From assembly GCA_951406725.2 (NCBI GenBank), contig OX597815.1, positions 7,192,001-7,256,000 on the forward strand: a DNA stretch of 64,000 bases. Reading direction: 5' to 3'. Under the pieces are notes generated by a model. That model made no database searches. It was not told the DNA's origin and was given only the letters and a program-made list of their open reading frames with translations. Source of the stretch: Octopus vulgaris. Taxonomy: Eukaryota. The stretch's first letter is position 1; every line of letters starts with the position of its first letter. Made by a program: the position numbers and the translations under genes. Shown here one piece after another: positions 1-13,738 of the stretch.

Positions 1-109
1 GTTTGTTTATTTTTTTCGTTGTTCGTTTCTATGTTTTTGTTTTTATGTTTTCGTTTCTCATTGTGTTCAACGTTTTTTTTTATGTCCTGTACCATGTATA
101 TGTAGGTAT

Positions 110-263
110 CTTTCTCCTCATCCACCCCACCCTCTTGTACTGTCTTATATTCCTCTCCACCACTACGAAACTCTATAAAATGATTAAAATTCCCCACAAA
201 GGAACTTATTTTGATTTGAAAACCCCACTAGAATGGGAGAAAGCGCTAATGATCTAAGTGATA

Positions 264-302
<39 letters not shown>

Positions 303-344
303 TCTGTAAATACAAACCATCCGATCTTCTGAGTACCTCATTTC

Positions 345-350
<6 letters not shown>
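110..350 (+). repeat. Unclassified dispersed repeat; inverted copy at about 31970-32215
   Basis: Shared TTTGATTTGAAAACCCCACTAGAATGGGAGAAAGCGCTAAT and CTGAGTACCTCATTTCTTCTA. Confidence 0.7.
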
Positions 351-409
<59 letters not shown>

Positions 410-435
410 CACCCCCCACCCACACACACACATAC

Positions 436-675
436 ATACAGGGTGTGGTGAATATATTGTCGTCTCAATTACGCAAAAATGAAAGCAACATTGGCATCTC
501 TATTTAACAGATATAGTTATCAAAATGATATAAAAATATATTCAAATACTAAAGGGTAAATTTATTCAATGATATCGCCATTGGCTTCAACCACGGCCTC
601 CGGACGACTTTGGAATCTCCTGCAACTTTTCTGGACAGTCTCCTTGTTTAAGTTGGTGAATGCTGTTATGACACG
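436..675 (-). mobile_element. Tc1/mariner (maT-like) transposon right-end relic
   Basis: The minus strand reads AFTNLNKETVQKSCRRFQSRPEAVVEANGDIIE*. A TIR-like TACAGAGGGTGTGG lies next to a TA-rich run. Confidence 0.6.
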
Positions 676-699
676 GTGAAAAAGATGTGCTCTTAGGAG

Positions 700-1186
700 A
701 GACTATAAGAACTTAAGATCTACTCCATGAAGGGAAGGCCAGAAAGGTATGCAGTAATATACATATGGAAGATTCCTGGAAGGTCCAGCTCCCAATTTTG
801 GAATTAAAAACTTTGGAACTAAAAGCTATACTAACCACCGAACTGGACGTCACTGCGTGGACGTCTTTGGTGGTATATCTCAGATAAGGACCCAGTATTG
901 CAACAGCTTAGGTTTCGAGGGATCACAACTGTTTAACATCCTGCCAAGGAACCTAAGAGATGTGCAAGGTGTAAGATGTAGAGACGTTCAAAAAGCACGT
1001 GGTCAAATTTCTATCTGAAAAATCCCAGATGAACCCAGATCGCGGCAAAAGCACGAAGAAGTGCAACTCCGTCCAGTTCGTTTCTTCACCAAAATCAGTC
1101 CCGAAAGGAGACCCCCAAAACATTGAAAGGCGGTGTTGCAGCATGGCCCCAGTCTCTGGCTGAAACCAATAAAAAGAGTAAAAGAA
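700..1186 (+). mobile_element. Decayed CR1-type LINE 3' end
   Basis: Frameshifted homolog of the C-terminus at 30313-30700 (YAVIYIWKI, SQLFNILPRNLRD, PDEP), followed by GGCGGTG..CAGCATGGCC..CTGAAAC and a TAAAAGAG tail. Confidence 0.75.
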
Positions 1187-1595
1187 TGGTGAACTCTATC
1201 GTAAATGACAGATGAGGGTTCTTGCCAAATAACGTGCACAGATCACGTGTTTATAGTAATCAAGTGTTTGCGCCACACATGGACCCACTTCCTCCATGAA
1301 ATCGATGTTGCATGTAGAGGTGCATGGTGTGCCACATGTCAGGTGCCGAAGGGAGCGCAGAGCGATGGGGAATGTAATTATTTTGGTCAAGAACACAGTG
1401 CACCGGCCAGTGAGGGAAGCGAAACCACGATCTTGCGATTGTCAGTGCAGCAACTTAACGACTAGGCCATGCGCGCCTTCTACTCAGCTATGAAGACATG
1501 AGTAAATCTATACATATTTATATATGTATGTATATGTGTATATGTGTATATTTATGTATATATATATATGTGTGTGTGTGTATGAAAATTTATAC

Positions 1596-1646
<51 letters not shown>

Positions 1647-2131
1647 TACATTCATGCATACATTCATACCTACATACATACATACATGCATACATGCATG
1701 CATACATGCATGCATACATACATACATACATGCATACATACATACATACATACATACATACATACATACACACATACATACATTCATACATACATACATA
1801 CATACATACATACATACATGCATACATATATACATACATACATACATACATACATACATGCATACATATATACATGCATAATACATACATGCATACATAC
1901 ATACATACATACACGCATACATACATACAAACATACATGCATATATACATGCATACATACATACAAACATACATGCATACATACATGCATACATACATGC
2001 ATATATACATGCATACATACATACATACATACATACATACATACATACATACCCTGTGGTTGATGTTTAAATTCCAGTGAAGTAGACTTCGATTTAGGCT
2101 AGAAAGCTGCTCTTTCTATGTTGGCAAGAAA

Positions 2132-2529
2132 TCTATATATATAAAAGAGAGGTTGTGTGATGTATGTCTCCTACGATTTAGATTCCTAACTACTCCCACA
2201 TTTTGCGGTGCAGTGTAACCAAAAGCGGGTATCTTATAGTTGTGATTCATATCGAGCTCTTCTGGGTATTAGCGCGCGTCTACGATGAGTCTACGATTTT
2301 AAAACAAATTTACCATAATTTTTCCGCATTTTTAATGCATTTTCGCTCGGTTTATATAAGGGAAGTAACTCTCTAAAAATGTATTATTAAATCTCAGAAC
2401 GTAAAAAGCTACATAAACACCCCCTTTGTGGTTAGCCATATTGAGATGGCTATTATACTTTACATCTCTAAAAATGCTTATATAGTTATTTCCCTTACAA
2501 ACCCGAGCAACGCCGGGCGATACTGCTAG
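2132..2529 (+). mobile_element. Non-autonomous Helitron, long variant
   Basis: 5' TC, subterminal hairpin CCCGAGC-aac-GCCGGG, 3' CTAG. Inserted between A and T with no TSD. Three copies in the window. Confidence 0.8.
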
Positions 2530-3673
2530 TCTTGAAATAAAACTGAACAATGACATACATACATACATACATACATACATGCAATCATACGTGCATACAT
2601 ACATACATACATACATACATACATACATACATACATACATACATACATACATACATACATTCATGTATGCATGCATGAACATATGTATTTATGAGGAAAG
2701 ATGGACAATCAAAGATGAATAAATTCATTTATGAGATGTTACATCTATATTACAGGCTGTAAACACATGTAAACATATATATGTGACATCTCACATAAAT
2801 GAATCCTTTTCATCTCTAATTGTTTGTCCATCTTACCTTTAATAATTATCCGCCATAGTTTTGTATTTCTTGTGGCCAACACTTACAAAGCTGGTCTACC
2901 TTATTCTCGTTATGAAGTTGGTGGTTCATGAAGTTGATGAGTCAACACTGATCTATTTTGCGCTTGCACTGGCATCATCTCACCCACCATGCATGCATAC
3001 ATAGATACATAGAGGCATGTATACATACATACACACATACATACATACATACATACATACATACATACATACATACATACATACATACATACATACATAC
3101 ATACAGTTAATCCAAACAAGAAAGCACAAAAAAACACAACAACGCGAGGACGTGGAACAAATATAGTAGTTTTGGACGCTCAGGAAAGAAGGAAAGAAGG
3201 AGGGCTTAACGTTTCGAGCGGAGCTCTTCGTCGGAAACATAGAAGGAAAGATCCAGAGAAGGGAAGACAGGGGAAAAAAAATCGCCAACGGTACATACGA
3301 GGTCATACATACATATATACATGCGTGTAGCTTGAAAAAAACAAGAGAAAACGGGTCCTCATTGATAAGGAGTTTGCTTTCAGCTTCATACAGTTTCACT
3401 TTCATACCCGTTATTATTGGAGCAATGTATGGCTAAACTTGGGTTCTTGTGTAGAGAACACAAATCTTTAATTCATACACTACAATTAACCACGATATCT
3501 GGAATTATAAGAATTTGCAAATCCTTCTTAAGATTTAAATAATGTTGACGAAAAACAAGATAATTTCCTTCACAACTTCGCTACCAAATAATTTACTCGA
3601 AATTTAAAAGAGAAAGAGGAGACACACACACACATACACACACATACACATACACACATACATATATATATAT

Positions 3674-3798
3674 AGTGGCTGTGTGGTAAGTAGCTTGCTT
3701 ACCAACTACATGGTTCCGGGTCCAGTTCCACTGCGTGGCACCTTCGGCAGATGTCTTCTACTATAGCCTCGGAAACTGAAAGAAGACCGTCGTATATA

Positions 3799-3871
<73 letters not shown>

Positions 3872-4057
3872 CTGTATTTGTATCCCTACCATCGCTTGAC
3901 TACCGATGTTGGTGTGTTTACGTCCCCGTAATATAGCGGTTCGGCAAAAGAGACCGATAGAATAAGTACTAGGCTTACAAAGAAGTCCTAGGGTCGATTT
4001 GTTCGACCAAAGGCTTGGCCGCAGTCAAATGACTGAAGCAAATAAAAGAATAAAAGA
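3674..4057 (+). mobile_element. SINE family A, internally deleted copy
   Basis: Same head and tail as 8697-9125. Confidence 0.8.
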
Positions 4058-4091
4058 ATTTATATTGTATATATATATGTTATACACACAC

Positions 4092-4128
<37 letters not shown>

Positions 4129-4149
4129 CACACACATACATCTCCGTAT

Positions 4150-4213
<64 letters not shown>

Positions 4214-4244
4214 TTGGATGGATGGATAGATAGATAGATGGATG

Positions 4245-4332
<88 letters not shown>

Positions 4333-4404
4333 TACATACACACATATACAATTTCAAAATAATGTGATTAGAATCAAAATAAGCAAGAAAGATATCTAGA
4401 GGTA

Positions 4405-4696
4405 ATGCCGTACGATCGTTTCACGCAACTCCATTTAATTGAACAATGCAACCATTACATCATTTTAAATGCAGGGCAATCCTCAGCTGCACAAAGACAT
4501 AGAATTTAATTAAATTAAAACAGATGGACACATCAGTATAATTTTACCTAAAATCTCCAAGGAGTAAAGGAGATGGAGTAGCTTCTAAGTGGAAGTGAAG
4601 GCAGCATGTTCTTTGTCTATCTCCTTAACTTCTTGGAGATTTTAGGTAAAATTATGCTAATGTGTCCATCTGTTTTATTTTAATTAAATTCTATGC
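4405..4696 (-). repeat. Degenerate hammerhead motif (4405-4492) adjoining an inverted repeat with ~80-bp arms (4498-4696); Penelope-like remnant
   Basis: Minus strand GTGCAG-CTGAGGA...GAAA-CGATC-GTA-CGGCAT with palindromic ACGATCGT. Arms 4498-4579 and about 4617-4696. Confidence 0.5.
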
Positions 4697-4974
4697 TGGG
4701 TCTATCGGCAAACGTTCTCGGTACTTAACTACTGGCCTCTTGACAGGCTGTCGACAGTTCGTGGATGTATTTACAATTTAAAATATATTTGTAGGTGTGT
4801 ATATCTGTACACGTACAGGTACGTAAGTGCATATGCATAGACAGGTTTATCAATCTGTGTGTATGCGTATGCATAGGTGTGTTTGTCTGTGCGTGCACGC
4901 ATGTTTGTGTGTATACATACATACATACATAATACATACATACTTACACACATACATACATAATACATACATAC

Positions 4975-5005
<31 letters not shown>

Positions 5006-5456
5006 CATACATACATACATTACACACATACATACATAATACATACATACATACATACATACATACATACATACATACATAATACATACATACATACATA
5101 CATACATACATACATACATACATACACACACATACATACATACATACATACATAGTACATACATACATACATACATACATACATACATACATACATACAT
5201 ACATACATACATACATACATACATACATACATACATAATACATACATACATGCATACATACATACATACATACATACATACATACATAATACATACATAC
5301 ATACATATATACATACATGTATCTATGTATGTATTATTTGTATTCATGTTTGTGTAAGTACATATCCGTGTATGTATGTATGTATGTATGTGTGTGTGTG
5401 TATGTATGTATGTATGTATGTGTGTGTGTTTGTGTATGTATGTATGTATGTATGTA

Positions 5457-5487
<31 letters not shown>

Positions 5488-6098
5488 ATGTTTGTATGTC
5501 TGTATGTAAATATGAATTTTGGGTAACACGTTGCCAAATGACGAAAGTAATGTGTGTGTGTGTGTATGTGCGTATGTGTGTGCGCGTGTGCGCGCGCGCG
5601 TGTGTGTGTGTGTGTGCGTGTAAATCTGTGTGTTTGTGTGCGAGCATCCGTAGACCATCTGGTGTTTGGTACGTGAGCTTCTGCTACGAACAATAAAATG
5701 GTTGACTACCCTGGATGTCGCCATACTGCCTGGCATCTGTTAATGCCGTGCAGATCGCCGGATCACGTGACACATTATAACCTACCCAGGTGCTGTTTCA
5801 ACGCAGTGTGTACACATTTGTGTGTGTGTGTGTGTTTTTTTGGCGTGCGCGTGCGTTTTTCTCTGTTACTGTAAAATATGTAATACATACTTACGATGTA
5901 CGTATAAGCATGCGTGTATGCACAAATACCGATGTATATAATGAATGGTGGTTGTATGCATGTGAATGTATGTACGTATGTATATAGGTATGTACGCAGG
6001 GATATATGTATACATTATATATATTCTTATATGTGTGGCTGTGTCGTTTCTGTATCTGTATATTTAGTTACACACACATATATGTGAGTGTGTATGTA

Positions 6099-6160
<62 letters not shown>

Positions 6161-6169
6161 CATACGTAC

Positions 6170-6204
<35 letters not shown>

Positions 6205-6282
6205 CATACGTACATATATATATACATATATATATATAAATATATATATATACACATATATATGTGTACACATATATATGTA

Positions 6283-6373
<91 letters not shown>

Positions 6374-6442
6374 GTCTGCTCAGGACTTAGTGCTTGCTTT
6401 TTCCATGGGAATGAGTAAGTATTTCACTTATATCTCACGTAT

Positions 6443-6503
6443 TTATCTCTGAAGAGGGGAAAATTCTTATGAATTAACCCCGAAATTGGGACCAATACGG
6501 TAA
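6443..6503 (+). ncRNA. Type I hammerhead ribozyme motif
   Basis: CTGAAGA at 6449-6455; stem II GGGG/CCCC; GAAA at 6482-6485; stem III ATTGG-ga-CCAAT; ATA triplet; stem I TTATCT/CGGTAA with one mismatch. Confidence 0.55.
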
Positions 6504-6643
6504 TAACGGATTTTTTAGAAATTTCTATCGGTTTGTTTCGAGACGCATAAATTATAATGGTTATATACACATATATATGTATATATACACATATATATGT
6601 ATATATGTATACACATATATATGTAAATATGTATATATATATG

Positions 6644-6690
<47 letters not shown>

Positions 6691-6695
<5 letters not shown>

Positions 6696-7056
6696 AAAAT
6701 CATAAGTATATGAAAGAATGGAGTTGAACGACTAGTTAACAAATATCCTTTATTCTCGACATATGTTTCGAAGGCTGCATATTCCTAATTCCGAAGGAAT
6801 GAGGAGTACATTATGCAGATTTCTCATCAGGAAAATCAAGGAACTTATGTCGACATCAAAATGCATGGGCTCCTTGAGAGCGGTCAGCTAAAAATTTTTT
6901 GTGCATTTTGATTTTCCTGATGAGAAATCTGCATAATGTACTTCTTAGTCCTTCGGAATTAGGAATATGCAGCCTTCGAAACATATGTCGAGAATAAAGG
7001 ATATTTGTTAACTAGTCGTTCAACTCCATTCTTTCATATACTTATAATTTTAAAAT
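6691..7056. repeat. Long inverted repeat (about 148-bp arms, about 68-bp spacer), probably Penelope-like termini
   Basis: 6691-6839 is the near-perfect reverse complement of 6908-7056. Each arm contains a hammerhead core. Confidence 0.85.
6911..6995 (+). ncRNA. Type I hammerhead ribozyme motif (mirror copy on the minus strand at 6752-6836)
   Basis: Stem I ATTTTC/GAGAAT; CTGATGA at 6917-6923; G6924-C6977 closes a long stem II (CTGCATA/TATGCAG); GAAA at 6978-6981; palindromic stem III ACATATGT; GTC triplet at 6987-6989. Confidence 0.75.
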
Positions 7057-7200
7057 AAACATACAAATTTCCGCACGAAGACACGTCGTCTATGCCCTAG
7101 GGTCGTAGCTTCAACCGTGTTCTTTCTGATGTGAATTTGCTAACCCAGGTATGGGTTATCTTTCGAATTATCCTTAGTAAGATTAATTCATTCAACTACT

Positions 7201-7246
<46 letters not shown>

Positions 7247-7984
7247 AGAATGCATGCACATATACATATAATGGAGAAAACATTTCTTATTTGAGTACAG
7301 CCAACAGCGAGTAAAAACAACTCAACGCTAGGAGCAGAGAATTAGAATAAAATTAACCAATGTCCTAATATTGGTGTAAGGACATACTATGCTAATGTTT
7401 CGCCCTTTCTGATTACTATTGATTCCCAGGCAGCATTTGTTTTTACGCTGTTGACACCGCCGGATTGAATGGTACTATCCAGGTGTCGAAACCATAGTGA
7501 TATCCGTGTGGCAGTTGACGATGGGAATATATATATTTGCTATACTTGTTTGTGAATTCCTTATTTCTTAGTCTTTTTGTTCTGAGTTGTCGTTCATTCT
7601 TGTATATTGGAAAGTGTTTGTGGATTCATGATTTGTGGAGTTTACCTTCCCTTAATATTGGTTGTTTTTCTTCATAGATAATCTTAAGCTTAGCTAACGC
7701 TCAGATACTGCTGTCTAGTTTGTGAAGGTTCTGTGGCGCACATCCCACACAAACACACACACACAGATCTTGGGCCTAGATGCAGTTTCCGCTTTATAAA
7801 TTCATTCACAAGGCAATCGTCAGCTCGGAGCTTTAGTAGAAGGCATTAGCTCAAGATGACATACACTGGGATTGAAACTGAAACCACGCAGTTGCACTGA
7901 ATGTCTTAACCACACAGGCGCAGCGTCATCTACGTATGCATATATGCATATATAAAATATATATAGACATTCAAGACACACATA

Positions 7985-8034
<50 letters not shown>

Positions 8035-8106
8035 ACCTTGATACTGTTAGCAGTACGAGCAGCGAGATCACTGCTATATTCGGAAACGTAGTATATTCGA
8101 TATCTC

Positions 8107-8158
<52 letters not shown>

Positions 8159-8696
8159 GTAAAATCGCGCCTTGATCTATGAACTGAAAAGTCCTAATTT
8201 TTTTTAATTTTCCGAAAAACCTTACGGGGGAAAAAGATTACACGAAAATCGATATAAATAAAGAAGGAATAAATTAGATATAGTTTATTGATTTTTCGAA
8301 TGTATATGCAAAAATAAGTGTTATTGTTTATTTTTAAATATTGAAAGGTTTGTGTGTTTTATTTATTTTTCTTTTTTTCTTTGTTTGTGACCCTGTAACA
8401 GTCGAGTGCATTTCGAGATTGTCTTTTGACTTTTGTCGCTCTGTCTACATCCGGATCGGCATCCATTATCATCTAATTTCCATTTTCAAAAGTTCTAAAA
8501 TTAGAACTTCATTTTTTTAAAATTAAGAATTCTTTCGTTATGGTTTAGTTTTATATGTTCCATCTTCGCCATCATCCTCATCATATTGCACGTTGCTACC
8601 CTATATTTCAAAGGCAATATCGTTCTATTATATTATCCTCGCCTATGCTATACATTCCGAAGTGGAAATGAAATAAAATAATTTAAGTTACATACA

Positions 8697-8861
8697 GGCG
8701 CAGGAGTGGCTGTGTGGTAAGTAGCTTGCTAACCAACCACATGGTTCTGGGTTCAGTCCCACAGCGTGGCATCTTGGGCAAGTGTCTTCTGCTATAGCCC
8801 CGGGCTGACCAATGCCTTGTGAGTGGATTTGGTAGACGGAAACTGAAAGAAGCATGTCGTA

Positions 8862-8927
<66 letters not shown>

Positions 8928-9125
8928 TGTGTCTGTGTTTGTCTCCCTAGCATTGCTTGACAACCGATGCTGGTGTGTTTACGTCTCCGTCACTTAGCGG
9001 TTCGGCAAAAAGAGACCGATAGAATAAGTACTGGGCTTACAAAGAATAAGTCCCGGGGTCGATTCGCTCGACTAAAGGCGGTGCTCCAGCATGGCCGCAG
9101 TCAAATGACGGAAACAAGCAAAAAA
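8697..9125 (+). mobile_element. tRNA-derived SINE family A (internal TA/TG microsatellite, CR1-like 3' end)
   Basis: A box TGGCTGTGTGGT, B box GGTTCAGTCCC, CORE-like CTTGGGCAAGTGTCTT, and 3' GGCGGTGCTCCAGCATGGCC. Many copies in the window. Confidence 0.85.
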
Positions 9126-9946
9126 CAAAAAACAAAACAACCCTTGCAAATTCAGCCTCAAATCCACCAAAGTCGTTTGCCTCGTGAGGAATTATATTTC
9201 TCCGAATAGCTCTAATATAGCTGGCTGTTAACTCAGACGATATTTTCCATTGCATTCTTTGTGTTAAATACACGTGATTTCCCTAAGGATGATGGCTGTT
9301 ATAAGAAAGATAATCATTTCTTCATAATATGAAGTGAAAGTTAAAATTTTGAATTTGAAATTAACAAATTACGAGGGAAAAGATACATAGAATTCAAATA
9401 TCGAATTACTTTTCCTTACTTATCATGAAGTTCTTACAATTTCTAGTCTTACAATTTCATTCTTTTTAGAAATCATCAGCATAATATAACCTGTAATTTA
9501 CTCATCAAACTTTATTTCATGAAGAGAGGCATTTCATTAAATATGAAAATAATTACAATCCGAAGAGGAAATTAATAGAATATGTCCTTTCTTTCTTCAT
9601 GTTAATATTCTTCGAGAAATCTGTAAGCTTAATGGCTCTTTCTCTCATTGTTTCTCTGATCAGCCCGGGCGGAAGTTTTCCATAAGTTGTTGGCCTTGAA
9701 GGATCAGGAATTTATAACGGTCATACTGTAAGGGAAAGTACAGTTGCAACATATAGTGTAGAATACAGGCCACTTCGAGCCTCTTAATTGCAAAAGTTTT
9801 TGTTTTAGTAACAGCGGCTTTAACAGAAATCACTCGCCTTGGTTTCTACTTTATCTAGAGCAGATGACGATGGTGTCATAATGGGAACTTCGATGTTAGA
9901 CGACCATTACTCACTTCAAATATGAGTCCATTGATTCAACATTGAT

Positions 9947-10345
9947 GTTAAGTTAAGTTAAGTTAATTTTTTGGCTCAAAAAGCAAAAAGCAAGGTTATG
10001 TAGGGAGACATGGAGTTATGTACTGGGAGGGTGTTCATGCAAAGAGTTCCGGCCATTTCTGGTTAAGAGAGACTTTGAACCGAGCGGTCGTCGGCATCTT
10101 CACTATCTCGTCCGGCAGCTTATTCCACGGATCCGCAACCCGGACGGAGAAAGCCCCTCTCCTTCGATTGAGATGAAATCGTCGCAGATAGAGCTTTTCG
10201 GAGTGACCCCGCATCCGACGCTCTGGAGCAGGAGTGAAGAACAGCTCTTTCGAGAGGTTACACTCTCAGCTTATGATGTTGTGAGCGAGAATGAGATCAC
10301 CACGGCGTCGTCGTTGTTTTTCTAGAGAATAAAGGTCGATCGTCT
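9947..10345 (-). mobile_element. CR1-clade LINE 3' fragment (second family) with (TAACT)n tail
   Basis: The minus strand reads RRRRGDLILAHNII...RGHSEKL...FSVRVADPWNKLP. A GTTAA repeat occupies 9947-9967. Confidence 0.75.
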
Positions 10346-10878
10346 TCGTCGTGTTCGACGGTAAAACGTTTTTACACTAGTCATCAAATGAAGGGAGGAC
10401 GAGTCGGAGCCTTTTTCAAACTTACATGTACAGACATACAATATCTTCGAGAAACATTTCATAAATCAATCTTCAAATAAAGAATTTATAGCATGAGCTT
10501 TTCTATAAGATTCTGAATAAACTATCGGGGGAAAGGTTTGCCGAAAAAGACTTCACGAACATAGTAGATAGATCAACAAGGGTTTTCATTTAAATTACTA
10601 AAACAGAATTTCGAGTCGTGTGTGTGTGTGCACGTATACAAATAGGATCTTGCATATATTTTCGGCCATGTAACTACACATGTGCTTTTCTCCGGACTAT
10701 GTGCTTCTTCCTCACTGGACTTTCTCCTCCTTCCGACAAAGAGCCATGCGCGAAACGTCATTTCCAGTCCGATTTTTCCATCTAAAACTTTCACAGAGTG
10801 TCAAACTAAAATATTCACTTTATACGTCTAATTGACTTTAGACTTTCCTGTTTTTGATTTACCTACACACACACACAA

Positions 10879-10932
<54 letters not shown>

Positions 10933-11636
10933 CTGTAGGCAAATATATATATAGGCAAATATATATATAGCTTATTTCTTTACTACCCAGAAGGGGCTAA
11001 ACACAAAGAGGACAAACAAGGACAGACAGACGGATTAAGTCGATTATATCGACCCCAATGCGTAACTGGTACTTATTTAATCGACCCCGAAAGGATGAAA
11101 GGCAAAGTCGACCTCGGCAGAATTTGGACTCAGAACGTAGCGGCAGACGAAATACCGCTAAGCATTTCGTCCGGCGTGCTAACGATTCTGCCAGCTCGCC
11201 GCAAATATATATATAAAGGGTCAGTGGATCATCTATCGGAAAAAGAAGCACACGCTAAGCGTTAGAGCAGCAATGCATTTACAGGAAGTTATTTCTATCG
11301 CCGATCATAGAGCGACTAATAGTTCCGCATCGATAAAGTGCTTAGCCTTATAGACGACGCGTCAGGCTCCGATGGCTGCCGATGTGTGTCCATCTGGTAC
11401 CCCCAGATTAAACATTTGTCTAAACGTTCTTTGAAAATATCCACATCTACACCTCATAGATCTTTGAGGTTGTATGGCAGACTGTTAAAAATTGTGGGCT
11501 CTTGAAGCCTGGGCTGTTACGGTACAGGGTCCTAATTCTTGATGGAGAGGAAGGAATAGGTGGTACTGTGCAGTGACGTGCAATTCGTGGTTGGTACAGC
11601 TTTCAGTTGCAGAGTTCGGAGCTAGACCTTCTAGGA

Positions 11637-11717
<81 letters not shown>

Positions 11718-11779
11718 CACGTACGCAAACACATACACACGAAAGACAATCACTCACACACATATATCACTGCATATCT

Positions 11780-12620
11780 TTAACGGCTTCTCTCTCGGGA
11801 GTAGATGCTCCTTTAGCCTCTCCCAGTAGATCATATGTTACACCTTTCCAATCTTCTTTGTGTCGTGACATTGGATTGCTTCGAGTTCCGCTGTTTGTTT
11901 GGCACTTTGTGGCGACCACAGTTGGGAGCAATAACCTGGGTGACTGAGAACATCTTGATAATATGCACATGGGGCTTTGTATCATCACTCAGTGAATTCT
12001 CAGGTCATACACCGACTCTGACTTTGGGATTGCTCTACTTGCTGGTTCTGTGTATTCCGATTGCAATCTGATTGTGGACCAATGGCTGAGTGCTTGAAAC
12101 TGCTCCGCACTGAAGCGCATGTTATTTTCATCATCCCACTTGTATATCGCATTTAGGTCTTTCTGCAGTTTCGGGATGTTATCAGGGTTCTTGATCGCCT
12201 GCTATACTTTTTTTAATAATCAGCATAGCTGGTGAGAGTGGATGAATGTGTATGAGTGAAGGATTATCTGAGAGGGCCACCTAGAATAGCAGTGGTCCAA
12301 TTACAGTTCCCTGTGGGACTCAACCGAGAATTGTTATCTCCGCAGGGCACCATTGGCTGCAACTGTTTGACTTTTACCTTTTAAAAAGTCATGCAGCCAC
12401 TTCTCTAGCTTGCAAGCAAAACCAAGGCCACACAGTTTGTGACACATCATTCCAAGATCGATTCTGACGGAGGACTAGGCAAAGTGAATATATGTCACAA
12501 TGACATTTGAGTGTTGAGCTCTTGTTTCAGTACCCATTCAGAAAACAATAGTAGTTGTTTGAGGCAGCTCCTCTCTTGGACGGAGCCATGTTGCGTGTTT
12601 GTGAGCAAGTTATTTGCAAG
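11780..12620 (-). mobile_element. Heavily decayed CR1-type RT remnant
   Basis: The minus strand gives VPQGTVIGPLLF*VALSD near 12270-12325, and flanks resemble the RT at 31200-31550. Confidence 0.6.
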
Positions 12621-13089
12621 GAACGTGATCGGCCTTCTTCTGCGTTCCATGGCTTTGCTAATATGTCAGGTCACAGAGATAGGCCTATAATCTTCAGTAT
12701 CTGCTCTGATTCATCCTTTATGAACACGGCATATATATGAGATAAATGTTTGAAAAATCTTTGAACAATGTCGGTGTGGAGTAAATCAAAATGTGTAAGG
12801 TGATGTCAATAAATGAGAAAAGATATTGTATTACTTTTCAATACCTTTTGATGTTGTTGAATGATCCTATAAATTTGGAAAAGGGAATTTCCCCACCCAA
12901 CCCCCGAAAAATTATAGAAGTATTAAACAATCAATATAAGATAGTATAATATCTTTACACCTTGTTTTCATTTATTGACTTCTTACATATTTTCAATAAC
13001 TCTTCAAATGCATTACTCAAAGTTTTTCAAATAGTTATCTCACATCATTCATACACCACAAGGCTTAAAGCAAATAACAAAACTATTGA

Positions 13090-13162
<73 letters not shown>

Positions 13163-13198
13163 ATAACATATATCGAGAGAAAGATGAAGAAAGATATA

Positions 13199-13496
13199 TC
13201 TATATATATAAAAGTGAAGTTGTGTGTCTGTCTTCTACGATTTAGATTCCTAACTACTCCCACATTTTGCAGTGCAGTTTAACCAAAAGCGGGTATCTTA
13301 TAGTCGTGATTCATATCAAGCCCTTCTGGGTATTAGCACGCGTCTACGATGAGTCTACGATTAAAAAAAAAATTACCATAATTTTTTTTCCATTTTTAAT
13401 GCATTTTTTGCTATTATATAAGGGAAGTAACTCTCTAAAAATGCTTATATAGTTATTTCCCTTACAAACCCGAGCAACGCCGGACGATACTGCTAG
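13199..13496 (+). mobile_element. Non-autonomous Helitron, short variant
   Basis: Same termini and body as 2132-2529 but lacking a 95-bp internal segment. Confidence 0.8.
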
Positions 13497-13695
13497 TTGG
13501 TGTATGAAATACCATACAGAATAAGTTATTGATTTACTAAAGATAATCTCTACATCAAGATGATGTCTTATTGCTTACCAAATAATGAAAACAACTCTCT
13601 AGAAGAAGAGAAGATGATCTCAAGAAACAAGTGTTCCTCAGAGTTGACATGCCATTGAGGAAAAGGACAAGCTTATTGTCTGGAGATAGAGAATA

Positions 13696-13738
13696 ATCGT
13701 GGACATGTTTCTGGCTCAATAAGCGTCATCAGCACGAC
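13696..13738 (-). ncRNA. Minimal hammerhead ribozyme motif (decayed sister copy at about 14490-14530)
   Basis: Minus strand GTCGTG-CTGATGA-cgcttattgagcca-GAAA-CAT-GTC-CACGAT. It lies in a ~200-bp diverged direct repeat (13560-13770 / 14370-14570). Confidence 0.5.
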
